Of a DNA stretch of 64,000 nucleotides, positions 13,844 through 29,169 are shown piece by piece. Location of the stretch: positions 47,306,001 through 47,370,000 of the forward strand of contig OX597828.1 in assembly GCA_951406725.2 (NCBI GenBank), read 5' to 3'. The stretch is from Octopus vulgaris (lineage: Eukaryota). The stretch's first letter is position 1; every line of letters begins with the position of its first letter. The notes beneath the pieces were generated by a model. That model saw only the letters and a program-made list of their open reading frames with translations. It searched no databases and was not told where the DNA came from. A program made the position numbers and the translations under genes.

Positions 13844-14106
13844 TTTCGTTTTTGGATTTGGTTTGCAAGATTCTTTATGTGAGTTCTTGTGTTGAAGCAT
13901 ATTTTGTTGTGCCTGGGAAGATTTTTTTTTTGGGGGGGGGGAGGTTGCCTTATTATTTAACACACTCACCGGTACAGTTTCCATCAAAAAGACCGCAGCT
14001 CGGATAACGGACCGAGTCAACGACTATTGAAAAGGTTGCGAGACGCAATGTGTTAAATAATGAGGCACAAAAAGAGAGGAACTCTCCCAAGACACCAACA
14101 AAGACG

Positions 14107-14200
14107 GCCCGAAGCTATGGTGGAAGACACTTGCCCAAGCCGTCACTCAGTGGGACTGAACCCGGAACCATGTTATTAGGAAGCAAGCAACTTACCACAC
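14107..14200 (-). mobile_element. SINE family A 5' fragment
   Basis: gaagacacttgcccaag...cagtgggactgaacccggaaccatg. Confidence 0.75.
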
Positions 14201-14414
14201 CTAAAACTTTTGATGTGTTCCATTCAGCAGAAAAAGGAGCTAGGGTGAGCCACGCGTTTTCTATACATTTGGGGAGGTTTTCGGTATGTGTTCATATCAG
14301 TTAAGTGCGATTAAATCTGATATTGTACAACGCCACCTATAAACGGTTTCAGCGTATAAGTGCTCTATTCTAACGATAACGTACATTTCAATTACATACG
14401 TAGGAACACGCGTT

Positions 14415-14466
<52 letters not shown>

Positions 14467-14521
14467 TGCATATATATACGCATATATATATATGCATGTG
14501 AGGATATATATTTACATATGA

Positions 14522-14568
<47 letters not shown>

Positions 14569-14621
14569 TATATATATATTTATACATACATATATATACA
14601 TATATTTATATATACATATAT

Positions 14622-14655
<34 letters not shown>

Positions 14656-14755
14656 ATAATATATATATATATACACATATACACAAACATATACGTATAC
14701 AAATATTCATATGTATCTATATCTATCAATATCTATGGTTCTCACGTTCGCTCTA

Positions 14756-14870
<115 letters not shown>

Positions 14871-14872
14871 TA

Positions 14873-14929
<57 letters not shown>

Positions 14930-15475
14930 GAAGTTTGAAAATGTCATTATGTAAGATAAATTTTAATATATATATATGTGTGTGTGTATATATATATATA
15001 TATATAAATATATGCATGTATGTATGTATGTATGTATGTATGTATGTATGTATGTTTATTTCGGGATGGTCTTCTTTTTTTTTTGCCAAAGAAACACACA
15101 CACACACACTATATATTCGTTCTTCACTCGTTTATTGCTGTTCTTATTTTAACTAATATCCAAAATAAAAACGGTAATAAACGAGTGAAGAACGAATGTA
15201 CAGTGCGTGTGTTTCTCTGGCAAAAAAGAAACGACCGTCCTAAAATATAGCAATATCTGTTTCAACACACGTTTTCACATCAAGAATCTTGCAATGCAAA
15301 TACATATATGTACATATTTGTTTATTTATTTATTTATTTATTTATTCATTTATATTCATAGACGCATTCACGTAAACATACATAAAATTTTCTTACATTA
15401 ATACAACTTTTTTATCACAAATATTAATACATATGTGGAATAAAGTATATATATATATTCATATTCAATAAAATA

Positions 15476-15624
15476 TGGAGTGGCTGAGTGGTAAGTAGCT
15501 TGCTTCCCAGCCACATGGTTCTGGGTTCAGTCCCACTTGGGCAAGTGCCTTCTACTATAGCCTAGGGCCGACCAAAGACTTGTGAGTGGATTTGGTAGAC
15601 AGAAACTGAAAGAAGCTTGTCGTG

Positions 15625-15655
<31 letters not shown>

Positions 15656-15925
15656 GTGTGTGTGTGTGTACGCGTATGTGTGTGTGTGTATGTATGTATG
15701 TGTGTGTGTGTGTGTATGCCTGCGTGTCTGTGTTTGCCCCCCCTCCCCACCATCGCTTGACAACCGATGTTGATGTGCTTACGTCCCCGTTATCTAGCGG
15801 TTCGGCAAAAAAGACCGATAGAATAATTACTAGGCTTACAAAGAATAAGTTCTGTGGTCGATTTGTTCGATTAAAGGCGGTGCTCCAGCCTGACCGTAGT
15901 CAAAGAGCTGAAACAAATAAAAGAA
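15476..15925 (+). mobile_element. SINE family A copy
   Basis: Similar to 216-636 along its length. Confidence 0.88.
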
Positions 15926-15934
15926 CATGTGTAT

Positions 15935-16109
15935 ATATGCTAACCACTACACATTCTTTATTTTCTCTCCTTGTTTCTTTCTGTGTTCCTTTCTGTGGAA
16001 GAGCGTAGGCTCGAAACGTTAAAGACTTTCTCACTTCCCGAGCATTATACTAATACATCTGTTTGTTGTTTACACCACCTGTCTTCGTCCTTTGTTTTTT
16101 GTGAATTCT

Positions 16110-16112
<3 letters not shown>
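15935..16112 (+). mobile_element. Short HHR-bearing element; HHR at 15989-16024
   Basis: CUUU-CUGUGGA-A-GAGC(GUAG)GCUC-GAAA-CG-UU-AAAG; ends at (TA)n. Confidence 0.7.
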
Positions 16113-16146
<34 letters not shown>

Positions 16147-16150
<4 letters not shown>

Positions 16151-16370
16151 ATTCAAACAAGAAAGCACAAAAAAACACAACAACGCGAGGACGTGGAACA
16201 AATAAAGTATTATTGGACGCTCAGGAAAGAAGGAAAGAATGAAAGAAGGAGGGTTTAACGTTTCGAGCGGAGCTCTTCGTCGGAAACATAGGAGAAGGAA
16301 AGATCCAGAGAAGGGAAGACAGAGGAAAAAAAAATCGCCAACGGTACACACGAGGTCACATTTTGAAAGA
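16147..16370 (-). mobile_element. Short HHR-bearing element; HHR at 16253-16287
   Basis: GUUU-CCGACGA-A-GAGC(UCC)GCUC-GAAA-CG-UU-AAAC. Confidence 0.7.
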
Positions 16371-16574
16371 CCAATATATATTAAATGGGTGTGTGTGTGT
16401 TTATATATTACTTAGGATATTGTAATCTATATATATTATTACATAGAATAAAATATGTGCTTGCACATATCTAAACTTTCATATGCATACAAATACATAT
16501 GCATATATGCACTATCACCAGACCCATTTAGAAATGCATGTTTAGAAATATTTGCATTATTATATAACAATATC

Positions 16575-16790
16575 GGGCGGTGAGCTGGCCGAATCGTTAG
16601 CACGCCGGGCAGAATGCTTAGCCGTATTTCATATGTCTTTACGACTTGAGTTGAACTTCCACCGAGGTCGACTTAGCCTTTCACCCTTTCGAGTACAACA
16701 AAATATGTACCAGTTGAGCAATGCGATAGATGTAAAGGAATTACCCCTTCGCTCGAAAATACTGGCATTGTACCAGAAATTGAAATCAGT
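16575..16790 (+). mobile_element. SINE family B-related copy
   Basis: ggcggtgagctggccgaatcgttagcacgccggg...cgaggtcgact. Confidence 0.75.
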
Positions 16791-17414
16791 ATTGTATAAC
16801 AATACGTGTGTGTGTGTGTGTGTGTGTATGTGTTTGTGTGTGTGTGTGAGTGTGTGTGTCATAACATTCTTATACACATAGCGAGCTTGTGTTTCGCCCA
16901 CACACAAAAAAAAAATCATACATTTTTTTTTTGACGTCACTTTTGAGCGCCATAGCTAAAGATAAACTTGGAGAAACAACTTTCTGCCAGATCTGGACTA
17001 GAGCAGGGAAACTTAGTCCTGTATCTGTCGGATATTTATATATATGTATCGATTCATGGATAATTTCGTTGCAATCTCTATTCATATAAAATTATAAATG
17101 CAAATAATATGTGTATACACGTGGACATATATATATATATACACTCACACATACATATACACAAACATACATACATACATACATACATAAATACATACAT
17201 ACATACATACATACATACATACATACATACATACATACATACATACATACATACATACAGATAGATAACTTTCTTTTATTAGCCACAGAGGGCTGAATAC
17301 AGAGGGGACAAATACAAATGTAGAGCTTTTCTTTTCGATGGTGGAAAATAAGGAAAATAAATGTAAGATTTCGATCAAAAGGAATCGACAGGAGAAAAAA
17401 AAAATCCGGTATCA

Positions 17415-17583
<169 letters not shown>

Positions 17584-17682
17584 GTATATTTAGGAGACAT
17601 ATAGGTATGTAGGAAAATAGAGGTTATAGATGAAGGTACGTAAACGTGCCTGAATGTAGACAAGCACACACACTAACAGACA

Positions 17683-17721
<39 letters not shown>

Positions 17722-17913
17722 GCACATATATGTATATATATGTATAGATACGTACATGCTTATACATAGACACAAATACGCGTACATGCATTATACGTGT
17801 ATACAAATATGTACAGACATATCAATATACATATGTGTGTATATGCACTTTAATAGACAGATGGACGGGTAGAAACCGATAAAGATACAGGTATACCTGC
17901 ATGTATATTACAA

Positions 17914-17962
<49 letters not shown>

Positions 17963-18110
17963 CATGTCAAAGGGAAATGGAATTTAATTAAAATTAAAAC
18001 ATTCAATCAAAATTTACATTTCCAGTGGTCAAACTGCAAATAAAATTTGTCAATTCTATGTTGAATTCACTATAAGTGGATTCTTTCTGTGTATAAATAT
18101 ACACTATATC

Positions 18111-18181
<71 letters not shown>

Positions 18182-18301
18182 CAAATATATATACATATCT
18201 GTATGTATGTATATATATATATGTATGTATGTGTAAATAGAAATATATACGCACATTTATATGTATACACACACACACACATATATATATACATATATAT
18301 A

Positions 18302-18340
<39 letters not shown>

Positions 18341-18409
18341 GTATGTATGTATAACATATAATTGTGCGTATATATTTCTATTTACACATGCATACATACA
18401 TATGTATAT

Positions 18410-18475
<66 letters not shown>

Positions 18476-18779
18476 AGATTGGTTTCGGCCACATAGCTAA
18501 CATAAGAGCACCACCTGGAAAAGACATTTAGTAATGTATTTTGTATGTGCGTGTATGTGTGCCTGGGTGAGATAGATGTGTATATGTATATAGGTGTGTA
18601 GTTTGATGTTCACCTGTAATACAAACAATTTTACGTTAATCTGAACATGGATTATCTAGTCCGAGTATGGATCATCTGGCCGAAACTTCGAAGAATATAC
18701 CTTTTTAAGAACAATTTATGAGCATATATATATTTATATATATATATATACACACACAAACATATATGTGGTTGGATGA

Positions 18780-18821
<42 letters not shown>

Positions 18822-19010
18822 CTGTGTGTGTGCGTGTACACATACCGAACTACTTGGTAAAATTGTTGATTATTAATTAATTAATTTTACTCTTTATTAT
18901 TAAGGATATATATGTGTACATGAATATATATATATGTGTGTGTATATATGCATATATATATATACTTATTATATCTCTCTGTTTATGTATCTACACATAT
19001 ATATACGCAT

Positions 19011-19069
<59 letters not shown>

Positions 19070-19421
19070 CGCATATGCATATACGCATATATATATAATC
19101 ATGCTTAGATACAATACATCTGTTTGCTTAAATATATATGTGTGTGTATGTGTGTGTGTGTGTGTGTGTATTTATATACCTATACAAATATACATACATA
19201 TGTATGTGTGTATATTTGTATATACATATACGTATATTTGTATATATATATATATATATATGTAATTTATATACTTATACATTTACATCTATTTGTGTTC
19301 ATTTTGATTTACATAAGATATATATACATCTATATATACATAAATATATGTATAAATATTTATATGTGTGTATATATATATATATATGTATATATATATG
19401 CGTATATGTATGTATGTATGT

Positions 19422-19509
<88 letters not shown>

Positions 19510-19947
19510 CGATACAATTAGAAGATTTGTAAACTTCATGAAGGGATGATTTCTTCCAAGGAAATACTGGTTTAATACTTAGTATTTTGGGGGAATGAAT
19601 TTCCTTAAAAAATAATAGCTATAAGTATAAAGACATACAATTTATATTCATTAAAAAAAAAAAGGAAATGAAGATTAAGAAGTTAATAATTGTTTATTAT
19701 TAACAGCAAATTGCTCATCTTCACTTGGCCGCCGTTTCAATTAATGCTCAATTAACATTAAGTTAATATTAATGTGAAATTAGCACAATATCATCGGAGG
19801 AAAACAAGACGTACATTTGAATGTTATATGTGTGCTTGTGAATTCATTCTAGCAGATTTATGGAAACGGTTTGAAGGGAAGATAATGAAACTGCTGTTAA
19901 TCATAAACAATTATTAACTTCATAATCTCCATTTTCTTTTTTTCTTT

Positions 19948-19991
<44 letters not shown>

Positions 19992-20058
19992 TATCGATGT
20001 AGATATAGATACCTATGTATGTCCATATACACACATGCATACCCGCTCACACACACAC

Positions 20059-20149
<91 letters not shown>

Positions 20150-20306
20150 TAGATAAACTTAGATATGTTTCGACCAAAGATTGGTCCAGGCCATGTCAAA
20201 CTTAATAGCACCACCTGATATGATTATTTGAATCCTGTTTAAGTCAAGTTTTGTTTATGGTCCATCCAAGTTGTGAGATTTTGTTGGGTGAGTTATATAT
20301 ATTTCC

Positions 20307-20366
<60 letters not shown>

Positions 20367-20768
20367 CCAAACATTCGATCGATTTTCCCAACGAGTTCAC
20401 CGGGATCTCCAAACGAGAATGTGAACTTCATAAAATCAGGTTATCCTTGGCCTGCAAAGGACCTTGCGGACTACCCCCTCGTTTGGAGGATTTACTACCG
20501 CTGTGCATCCATTAGTTATGGAATGTATGTAGCTTGGATGGATTTTATCCACTCCATTCTGTAATTTTGGGGACGTTTATTCGCATATACAACGACCATA
20601 AAATTAACTTTTCTCAGTTTATCGTACTTCGATACGGGAATAATTCACAACTTTCTGCGCCAATAAATCACTATCACTCCTGAAATTTGATTTTTATATC
20701 TTCTACGGATTGCTTGAAGCTCACTACCCCCCTACATCTTGATCCTTGCATCTTACCTTTACATATCT

Positions 20769-20894
<126 letters not shown>

Positions 20895-21259
20895 GTTTAT
20901 ATATTGGCTAAACTGGCAAAATGACCATTCCGAAATATAATAGTATATATATATGTATATATATATTATAAGCATGGTCTTACTTATTATCTTATATTAA
21001 ACTTTTTAATACTTTTTGATAGTTATATATATATTTTTTTAAAGTGTTTAAAAATTTATTAATTTAAATTAAAAAAACATTTTAAAAAGTATAAACATTT
21101 ATAAATATAAATTAATAATTTTAAATTTAAATAATTTAAATTTTAAATTTTATATTTTTTATATATTTTTTATATTTTATTAATTATTTTTATTATTATG
21201 TTTTGGTTTTTGTTTTTCACTGTTTGATTTACCTAATAGTGGTTTTATCTCTAATTTAA

Positions 21260-21315
<56 letters not shown>

Positions 21316-21521
21316 GTATATATATACTTCGTTACACTAGCCTCATGAAGAGAAGAAAAGGAAGATTGGGAAGTCAATAATTGTTTATTATTAACAACAA
21401 ATTAACCATCATCCATTACAGCTGTTTCTAATTAAATATTAAATTCATATGACCTAAGCATAATAACTTCAGATGTTTTGTGTTTATGGATTGATTCATT
21501 ATTGCAGTCTAAATGATATAT

Positions 21522-21582
<61 letters not shown>

Positions 21583-21926
21583 TATATATATATCCATATG
21601 TGCTTACATAATATGCAAATATATATTTAGTCAATTACCTGTATGTGTAAACTAATTTATGCATTCATATTTACTACGCATTTTTGGTGTGCGCGTTATT
21701 TATGTATAGGTCCTTGAGTATGTATATGTATTTCAGCTGATGTGTTATACATCTCAGAATTTCAAAACGTTGGTAAATTTTTCTCTGCCCATTCTAATTA
21801 ATGAATCTTAACTCTGCGGTGCTGATCTCCATTTAAAATACCTAGCTGACTTATCGTTGCAGCAAAAACTTCTGAGTAGCTCCTGCAGTTTTTCCAGGGG
21901 TTAAAGCATCTCTTGTGTGACTTTCA

Positions 21927-22016
<90 letters not shown>

Positions 22017-22120
22017 TATGTGTGTGTGTATGTGTGTGTGTGTGTGTGTGTATATATATAAGGATAAATATAGATATATGTATACACACACAACACACAA
22101 ACACACACATATACACACGC

Positions 22121-22153
<33 letters not shown>

Positions 22154-22238
22154 TATGTATATATATGTGTGTGTGTATGTGTGTATACATATATATTATA
22201 TATATACATGCATGTATGCATATATATGTATATATATG

Positions 22239-22339
<101 letters not shown>

Positions 22340-22369
22340 ACATATATATATATATTATATACATATATA

Positions 22370-22954
22370 TGGTCACCACACAATATAAAGTTAACAGCAG
22401 AACTCGAAGCAATCCAACGAAGCTACACTAAGAAGATCGTCTCGCTGCAACATATCAGCTACTAGAAAAGAGAGAAAGTATTAAAACTCTTCTCCCTGGA
22501 GCGTAGGCGGGAGAGGTATGCATCTGGAAAATCCTGGAGGGTCTTGTCCCGAATTTTGGCATTCAAAGTTACCCCAGCAGCAAAACGGGGCGCCACTGCA
22601 TGGTGCCAAAGATCCCAACATCACCATCAAAATACAGGGCCAGATAGTGCAACAGCTTGGGTTTCAGGGAACCACAGCTCTTCTATATCCTTCCTAAATG
22701 TCTGAGAGACCTGCATGATGTGGATGTGGGTCTCTTTAAACCTAAACTGGATCTCTTCTTGTCAGGGGTTCCAGATGAACCTACCTCTCGACAGGAAACA
22801 CAGATTCGAGCAGTGGCGTCGAACTCTCTTGTTGATCAAGTGCCACGTATCAGAGGTGGTTTCACATACTAATGTAGCTCATTCAACGGCGGTGCCCCAG
22901 CATGGCCGCAGCTTTCGGGCTGAAACATTTTTAAGGATTTAAGGATTTAAGGAT
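22370..22954 (+). mobile_element. CR1/L2-clade LINE 3' fragment (decayed ORF2 C-terminus, 3'UTR and tail)
   Basis: Translates as [22 protein letters not shown]...LKLFSLERRRER...PQLFYILPKCLRD...FKPKLDLFL with stops/frameshifts; (TTTAAGGA)n tail. Confidence 0.85.
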
Positions 22955-22958
22955 ATGC

Positions 22959-22990
<32 letters not shown>

Positions 22991-23005
22991 ATGTGTGTGT
23001 GTTTG

Positions 23006-23037
<32 letters not shown>

Positions 23038-23043
23038 CATATC

Positions 23044-23096
<53 letters not shown>

Positions 23097-23112
23097 CATA
23101 CATATATATATG

Positions 23113-23146
<34 letters not shown>

Positions 23147-23855
23147 AATGTATACACATATATATATATGTGTACCACCTCCACACAAACATATATATAT
23201 ATATCTTCACGCTCAATTGAGAGCTTAAATTCTTCCCCTTCCCTCACGCACATTTTCACACCTATTATTCACAGTTTACAGTTAACGTCTTCTCAAATAT
23301 CGTTGCTTTCTCAATGAAACGAGACCCGTTTTACCGCCCTACCATTACTTATTCATACGTTCAATATTTACAAACTTTTACTGTTTTCGTTCTAATATTT
23401 GTGTCTTCCTACAATGTTTTCACCTTGAATCAAACAAACCTAGGTGGACAAGTATAGCTAGTGGTAAAGAATATTCTATCAATTTATCATACATTTCTCC
23501 AGGAGAAACACAGGGAATATGAATTTACTACGATTACTCCTATTGTAGGTCCGAACCCAACTCCCATTCGTTATTTACGAAACATGTATTGTACGATGAT
23601 TTCTTTAATCTATTATCTCTTGACTGGATATAAACAGAATAAAGGATTCGCGTACTTTAGCTGTGTTTCTATGAATGGGAACAAGTCAGGCTGGTTGCAA
23701 GGATGGTATATACGTTTCTGTCACCTTTGTATATACGTATTCGATCACCCAAAAAATATGCATATAGATATATATATATATGTGTAGGTAGGTAGGTAGA
23801 TATATAGACAGAGAGACAGACAGATAGATAGATAGATACATACATACATATATAC

Positions 23856-23886
<31 letters not shown>

Positions 23887-24054
23887 CATATATACAGTAT
23901 ATATATTCACATACTCATATATATATATATATATATGTGCAGACATATATCTATACAGACACACACACATACACAAGCACACATATGTGTGAATGTGTTA
24001 GTCTGAGAGAGAGAATGTGTTTACATATATGTGTGTGTGTGTAATAAATGTGTG

Positions 24055-24089
<35 letters not shown>

Positions 24090-24123
24090 TACCCGTGAAG
24101 GACTAATTGTTGAGTTTCCTGTT

Positions 24124-24207
24124 CATCCTGATGAGGGGGTCATTGCCGAGATGCACCTTACCTCGTAATCGAACCGCGGCGGTGAACTCCCGGAATGGCC
24201 ATAGATG
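24124..24207 (+). ncRNA. Type I hammerhead ribozyme (GAAA>GGAA change)
   Basis: CAUC-CUGAUGA-GGGGG...CUCCC-GGAA-UGGCCA-UA-GAUG. Confidence 0.7.
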
Positions 24208-24683
24208 CATTTGAGTTAATTTTGTGGACCTCTCTAACGCTCCTGGACTCGAAATTACCATTATTTTTATGAAATGAACTTGATTGACATATTTTTACTT
24301 GTGGGGAGTAAAAAAAAAAATTCTTTTAGTCGATTCATATTTTATATTGTTTAGATTTTTAGTTGCATGACACGCTTTAGAATTTTTAGTTTATTGTATA
24401 TACCTTCTTGATAGGCTGTTCTATATATTTGTATTTTCATTTCCATATATATTTTTTTATCTTCTGTGATTTTTATATATATATTCTTTATATATTAATA
24501 GCCTTGATAATATATATGATCAAATGTATGGAAGTGTGGTGTTATATAATGTCGTTGACTCGAATTTGATGTTTGTTTAATATATATATGCTGAACAAAA
24601 ACAATTGCAGCGTGGAAGGTGTTTATATGCCATTTCAAAACAAAAAAAACAAAAACTTTAGATTCACTTCAACGTTTAAATTT

Positions 24684-24740
24684 AATTTCTCAAAATATTT
24701 TCGCCGCTTTGAAACCGCGACCTGTTCACTGAAAAAAATT
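24684..24740 (-). ncRNA. Minimal hammerhead-like motif, G3-C8 variant
   Basis: UCA-GUGAACA-G-GUCGC(GGUUUCAAA)GCGGC-GAAA-AUAU-UU-UGA. Confidence 0.55.
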
Positions 24741-24761
24741 CCGTGCTACATATATATATAC

Positions 24762-24866
<105 letters not shown>

Positions 24867-24945
24867 TATTTAGACATACTGCCACATGCATTTATGCATA
24901 TATATATTTACGTTTATTTGCATGAGCATAAGTTCATATGTATGT

Positions 24946-24991
<46 letters not shown>

Positions 24992-25319
24992 ATAGTGAGA
25001 GAAAGATGAAAAGAACATACATACATATATAATTATCCGTCTACCTATACAAATAATACTAAATAGAGTTAAAGAAGGATCAACACTATATGAAGTATTT
25101 ACCTCGAAACTTATCAGCATATGTTTTGTCTTCTCTAAATCACGGTCAGACTGCTAACATTTAGAAGCCCTCACTAGAATTACATCTTAATTTAACCCTA
25201 ATATTCTGTTATATTGCGTAAAAATATTTGTTAAATTATTCCATTCTTGTACACGTACATTCTGAGGTACTCAAACGTTTCTAAATATGTGTGCGGGTTT
25301 GTGTGAGGGTGTATGTGTT

Positions 25320-25361
<42 letters not shown>

Positions 25362-25427
25362 TGCACACACACACATAAATATATGAATACATTTCATTTC
25401 TTTACGGACACGTACACGCGCCGACAC

Positions 25428-25482
<55 letters not shown>

Positions 25483-25506
25483 TAATATATATATATGTGT
25501 GTGTGT

Positions 25507-25712
25507 GGAGGCGCAATGGCCCAGTGGTTAGGGCAGCAGTCGGAGGATCGCGGTTTCGATTCCCAGACCGGGCGTTGCGTATGTTTATTGAGCGAAAACA
25601 CCTAAAGCCCCAACTTTCTCTCACTCTTTCGTCCCGTCCAGCTGGGTGGGGGACACATACGCCACAGAAACCGGGAAACAGGGCCCATGATCCTGGCTAG
25701 GCTTGAAAAGGG
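25507..25712 (+). mobile_element. tRNA-derived SINE family C
   Basis: GGAGGCGCAATGGCCCAGTGGTTAGGGCAG...GGTTTCGATTCCC (A/B boxes); same head as 39165-39459. Confidence 0.8.
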
Positions 25713-25715
25713 CGA

Positions 25716-25780
<65 letters not shown>

Positions 25781-25781
<1 letters not shown>

Positions 25782-26517
25782 AGGGTGCGGTGAACATATT
25801 GTCATGTAAATCTTCGGAATCTCTTGCAACTCTTCTGGACGGTCTCCCTTTTTAAGTTGTGAATGCTGCCATAATCCTTGCCTTCAGTTCATGTTTGGCG
25901 TCACAAGGAAATATGTTTGTGTCTCGCTCAACTAAGCCACACACATAATAATTAAGGGGTGGCAGTCTGCAGAGTAGGGTGGCCAGATGTTCGTTGATGT
26001 GGTCGCAGAAATTGTCTGACAGCAATGACTATATTCTCCTGCTTGTATGACACGGTGCAGAGTCCTGTTGCCAAACATACGATCTTCCAGCACCCACCCT
26101 CTTCACCCAGGGTAGATGACCCTCTCCAGGTACTTGATATAGGCCTCCGTGTCGAGTCTGCTGCCGTGTTGGAAGATGAATGGAGCCATAACATCACCAT
26201 CATTAGTGATCATTCCAAACCACTTGATGTTGACTGGATATTTGATTTTTATCACACTCGGTACATGTTTTGGAGACATGGCAAGCCAACGGTTGTTCTG
26301 TGTGTTCACCAACAATTCGTATTGGAGCTTTCGGCGCGAATGCCAAGCAGTACAATATATCGTTTCCAAATTTTTAGCGGAGTGAATTGTGTCCTGGTGC
26401 AATTTTTTTCACAAAGAGTAGCCCTACTATTCTGTATTGTCGACAAAATCAAAAACAAACTCTAGGCATGCGTGAAATTAAAATATAAAATGGCGACAAT
26501 TTACTCAACGCACCCTG
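25781..26517 (-). mobile_element. Tc1/mariner-superfamily transposon remnant (probably maT/DD37D-like), internally deleted
   Basis: TA-CAGGGTGCG...CGCACCCTG-TA TIRs with TA TSD; decayed transposase (WFGMITNDGDVMAPFIF, QQDSAPCH). Confidence 0.85.
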
Positions 26518-26725
26518 TATAAAAATTCGTTTGTGTTTGTCTGTGTGTGTATTGTGTTTGTGTGCGTGTGTGTGGTTGTACATAAATTTCTGTGTTTATG
26601 TACATAAATTTCTGTGTGTATATACATAGATAAATAGACTAATGGTTACATAAACTGAAAAGAAGATAAATGAATAAATATTTGTATAAAAATATACATA
26701 AATATAAGAATTGTATGTATGTATG

Positions 26726-26785
<60 letters not shown>

Positions 26786-26796
26786 TAGATAGATAT

Positions 26797-26922
<126 letters not shown>

Positions 26923-26923
26923 G

Positions 26924-26974
<51 letters not shown>

Positions 26975-27195
26975 GTAGACATATATAGATATAAAATACA
27001 TGAGTAGTGTTGTTTTGGACAACCGCGATGTATGGATGTATTGTATGTGTGAAACCTAGCATATATATATATGACTATTTTATGTAAGTAGGAATGTTGA
27101 GCTAATATCTATTATATAATCAACAAATTATGAAACATTTGCAAACGAATTGAATAAACAACTATTCTTTCACCTTACTTCTCTAATCTGCTTTA

Positions 27196-27274
<79 letters not shown>

Positions 27275-27500
27275 CATATATACATATATATATTATATAT
27301 ATATATAATACATATATACATATATATATTTATAAACACATACACACATAAAAATATATGCAATTGTGTGTATGCACGTATATATATGTGAGTTTATATA
27401 TAAGTATATGTATGTAGGTATATATATATATTTATGTATTTGTATATATATATATATATGTGTGTATATATATATATTTATATATATATATGTATATACA

Positions 27501-27553
<53 letters not shown>

Positions 27554-27663
27554 TATATAAATATGTATATATATATATATATATATATACATTATATAAA
27601 TATGTATATATATATATATGTATACGTATGTATGTGTATATATCTATATATATATTCTTTACT

Positions 27664-28110
27664 AGTTTAAGCTCGAGAACTGCGGTCATGCTGGGCCACC
27701 GTCTTTAGCTTTGCTACATTTTCACTACTTGATACCTCCCCTAATATGTGGCATTTGGTGAATGAGGGAGTTTGAAGTTATTGCCCCCATCTGAACTGCT
27801 TGCCGCGAGGTTGGTTCCTCCTGATGTCTTGACAGAAGGAGATCCTGTTTTGCTGAAGACTACCACCCCAACCACGTAAGTTTTTCAGGCTTTCTGGTTG
27901 GACATTGAAGAGCTGTGGGTTCTTGTAACCCAAGCAGTTGCAGTGTCCGGTCTTGTATCCTCGTGGCAATTTTGAGATAATTGAGTCTATCCAGGGGCGT
28001 CCCGTTCTACACTTTACGTAACTTTCAGTACCAAAAGTTTTGTCCATGCTCCTCTATAATTTTTCAGATGTATATCATTGCATACCTTCACTGCCTACGT
28101 TCTTGTGAGC
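27664..28110 (-). mobile_element. CR1/L2-clade LINE 3' fragment, related family
   Basis: ...CLGYKNPQLFNVQPESLKNLRG; 3' GACGGTGGCCCAGCATGACCGCAG end like the 22370 copy. Confidence 0.75.
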
Positions 28111-28184
28111 AGAGTCTTTACACAGATATACATACGTATATATACGTACATTTCTTTACGTACACATGGACATTCATTATATAT

Positions 28185-28253
<69 letters not shown>

Positions 28254-28463
28254 TACATATATACACACACATATATATATACATATATATATATGTATAT
28301 ATGTATATATATGTATATATATATATAGATAGATATACATATATATATATGTATATATATATTTGTGTGTGTGTATCTATGTATGTATATATGTAAGTAT
28401 ATATGTGTGTATATATTTATATATATATACATACAAACATGTATATATATATATATATATATA

Positions 28464-28559
<96 letters not shown>

Positions 28560-28728
28560 TGATAGATATGCATTCATGTTAGTATGTATGTATGTATGCA
28601 TCCATGCATGTGTGAATGTATGATTGTAAGTATGTATGTATGTGTATATCTGTATATGTAACAGCTTCTCAAGAGTTTTATCCGATTTAATTGAAGAAAC
28701 GATTATGGTGGAGTTGAATCTTTAAATA

Positions 28729-28777
<49 letters not shown>

Positions 28778-29169
28778 TCTGCGTCTCTGTGTTAGTATGT
28801 CTGTATTTATGTTTGTACGTATGCTTTTATCTATATCAATATTCACACACAAATACACCTACAAAATTTATATGAGTCAACAAGGAAGCCTCTAGGGAGG
28901 TCTCGCGACATGCTAAGTATACAGAAGGTCTAATAAGGCTCATATTTCTACACCACCACCACCACCACCACCCACATTATGTCAAAGCATAAAAAACAAA
29001 AAAATGCAATAAATTACGTCAATGTTTGTGGCCTCAACGGCTGTGACAGCATTGATCACATGTGTGGCCAACGTATAATCATATACAAATATATGTAAAT
29101 GAAACAGACACTACACCTGGATATGATTTCAAATATATTCATGTTCAGAGCCGTGAGTCCCGGTGTCTG

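Noticed and set aside
20150-20220. Hairpin plus GAAAC on the minus strand (also 60505-60545, 21410-21455, 19720-19765, 18478-18500)
   Set aside because: 5' core missing or scrambled; possibly decayed HHRs but not supportable.
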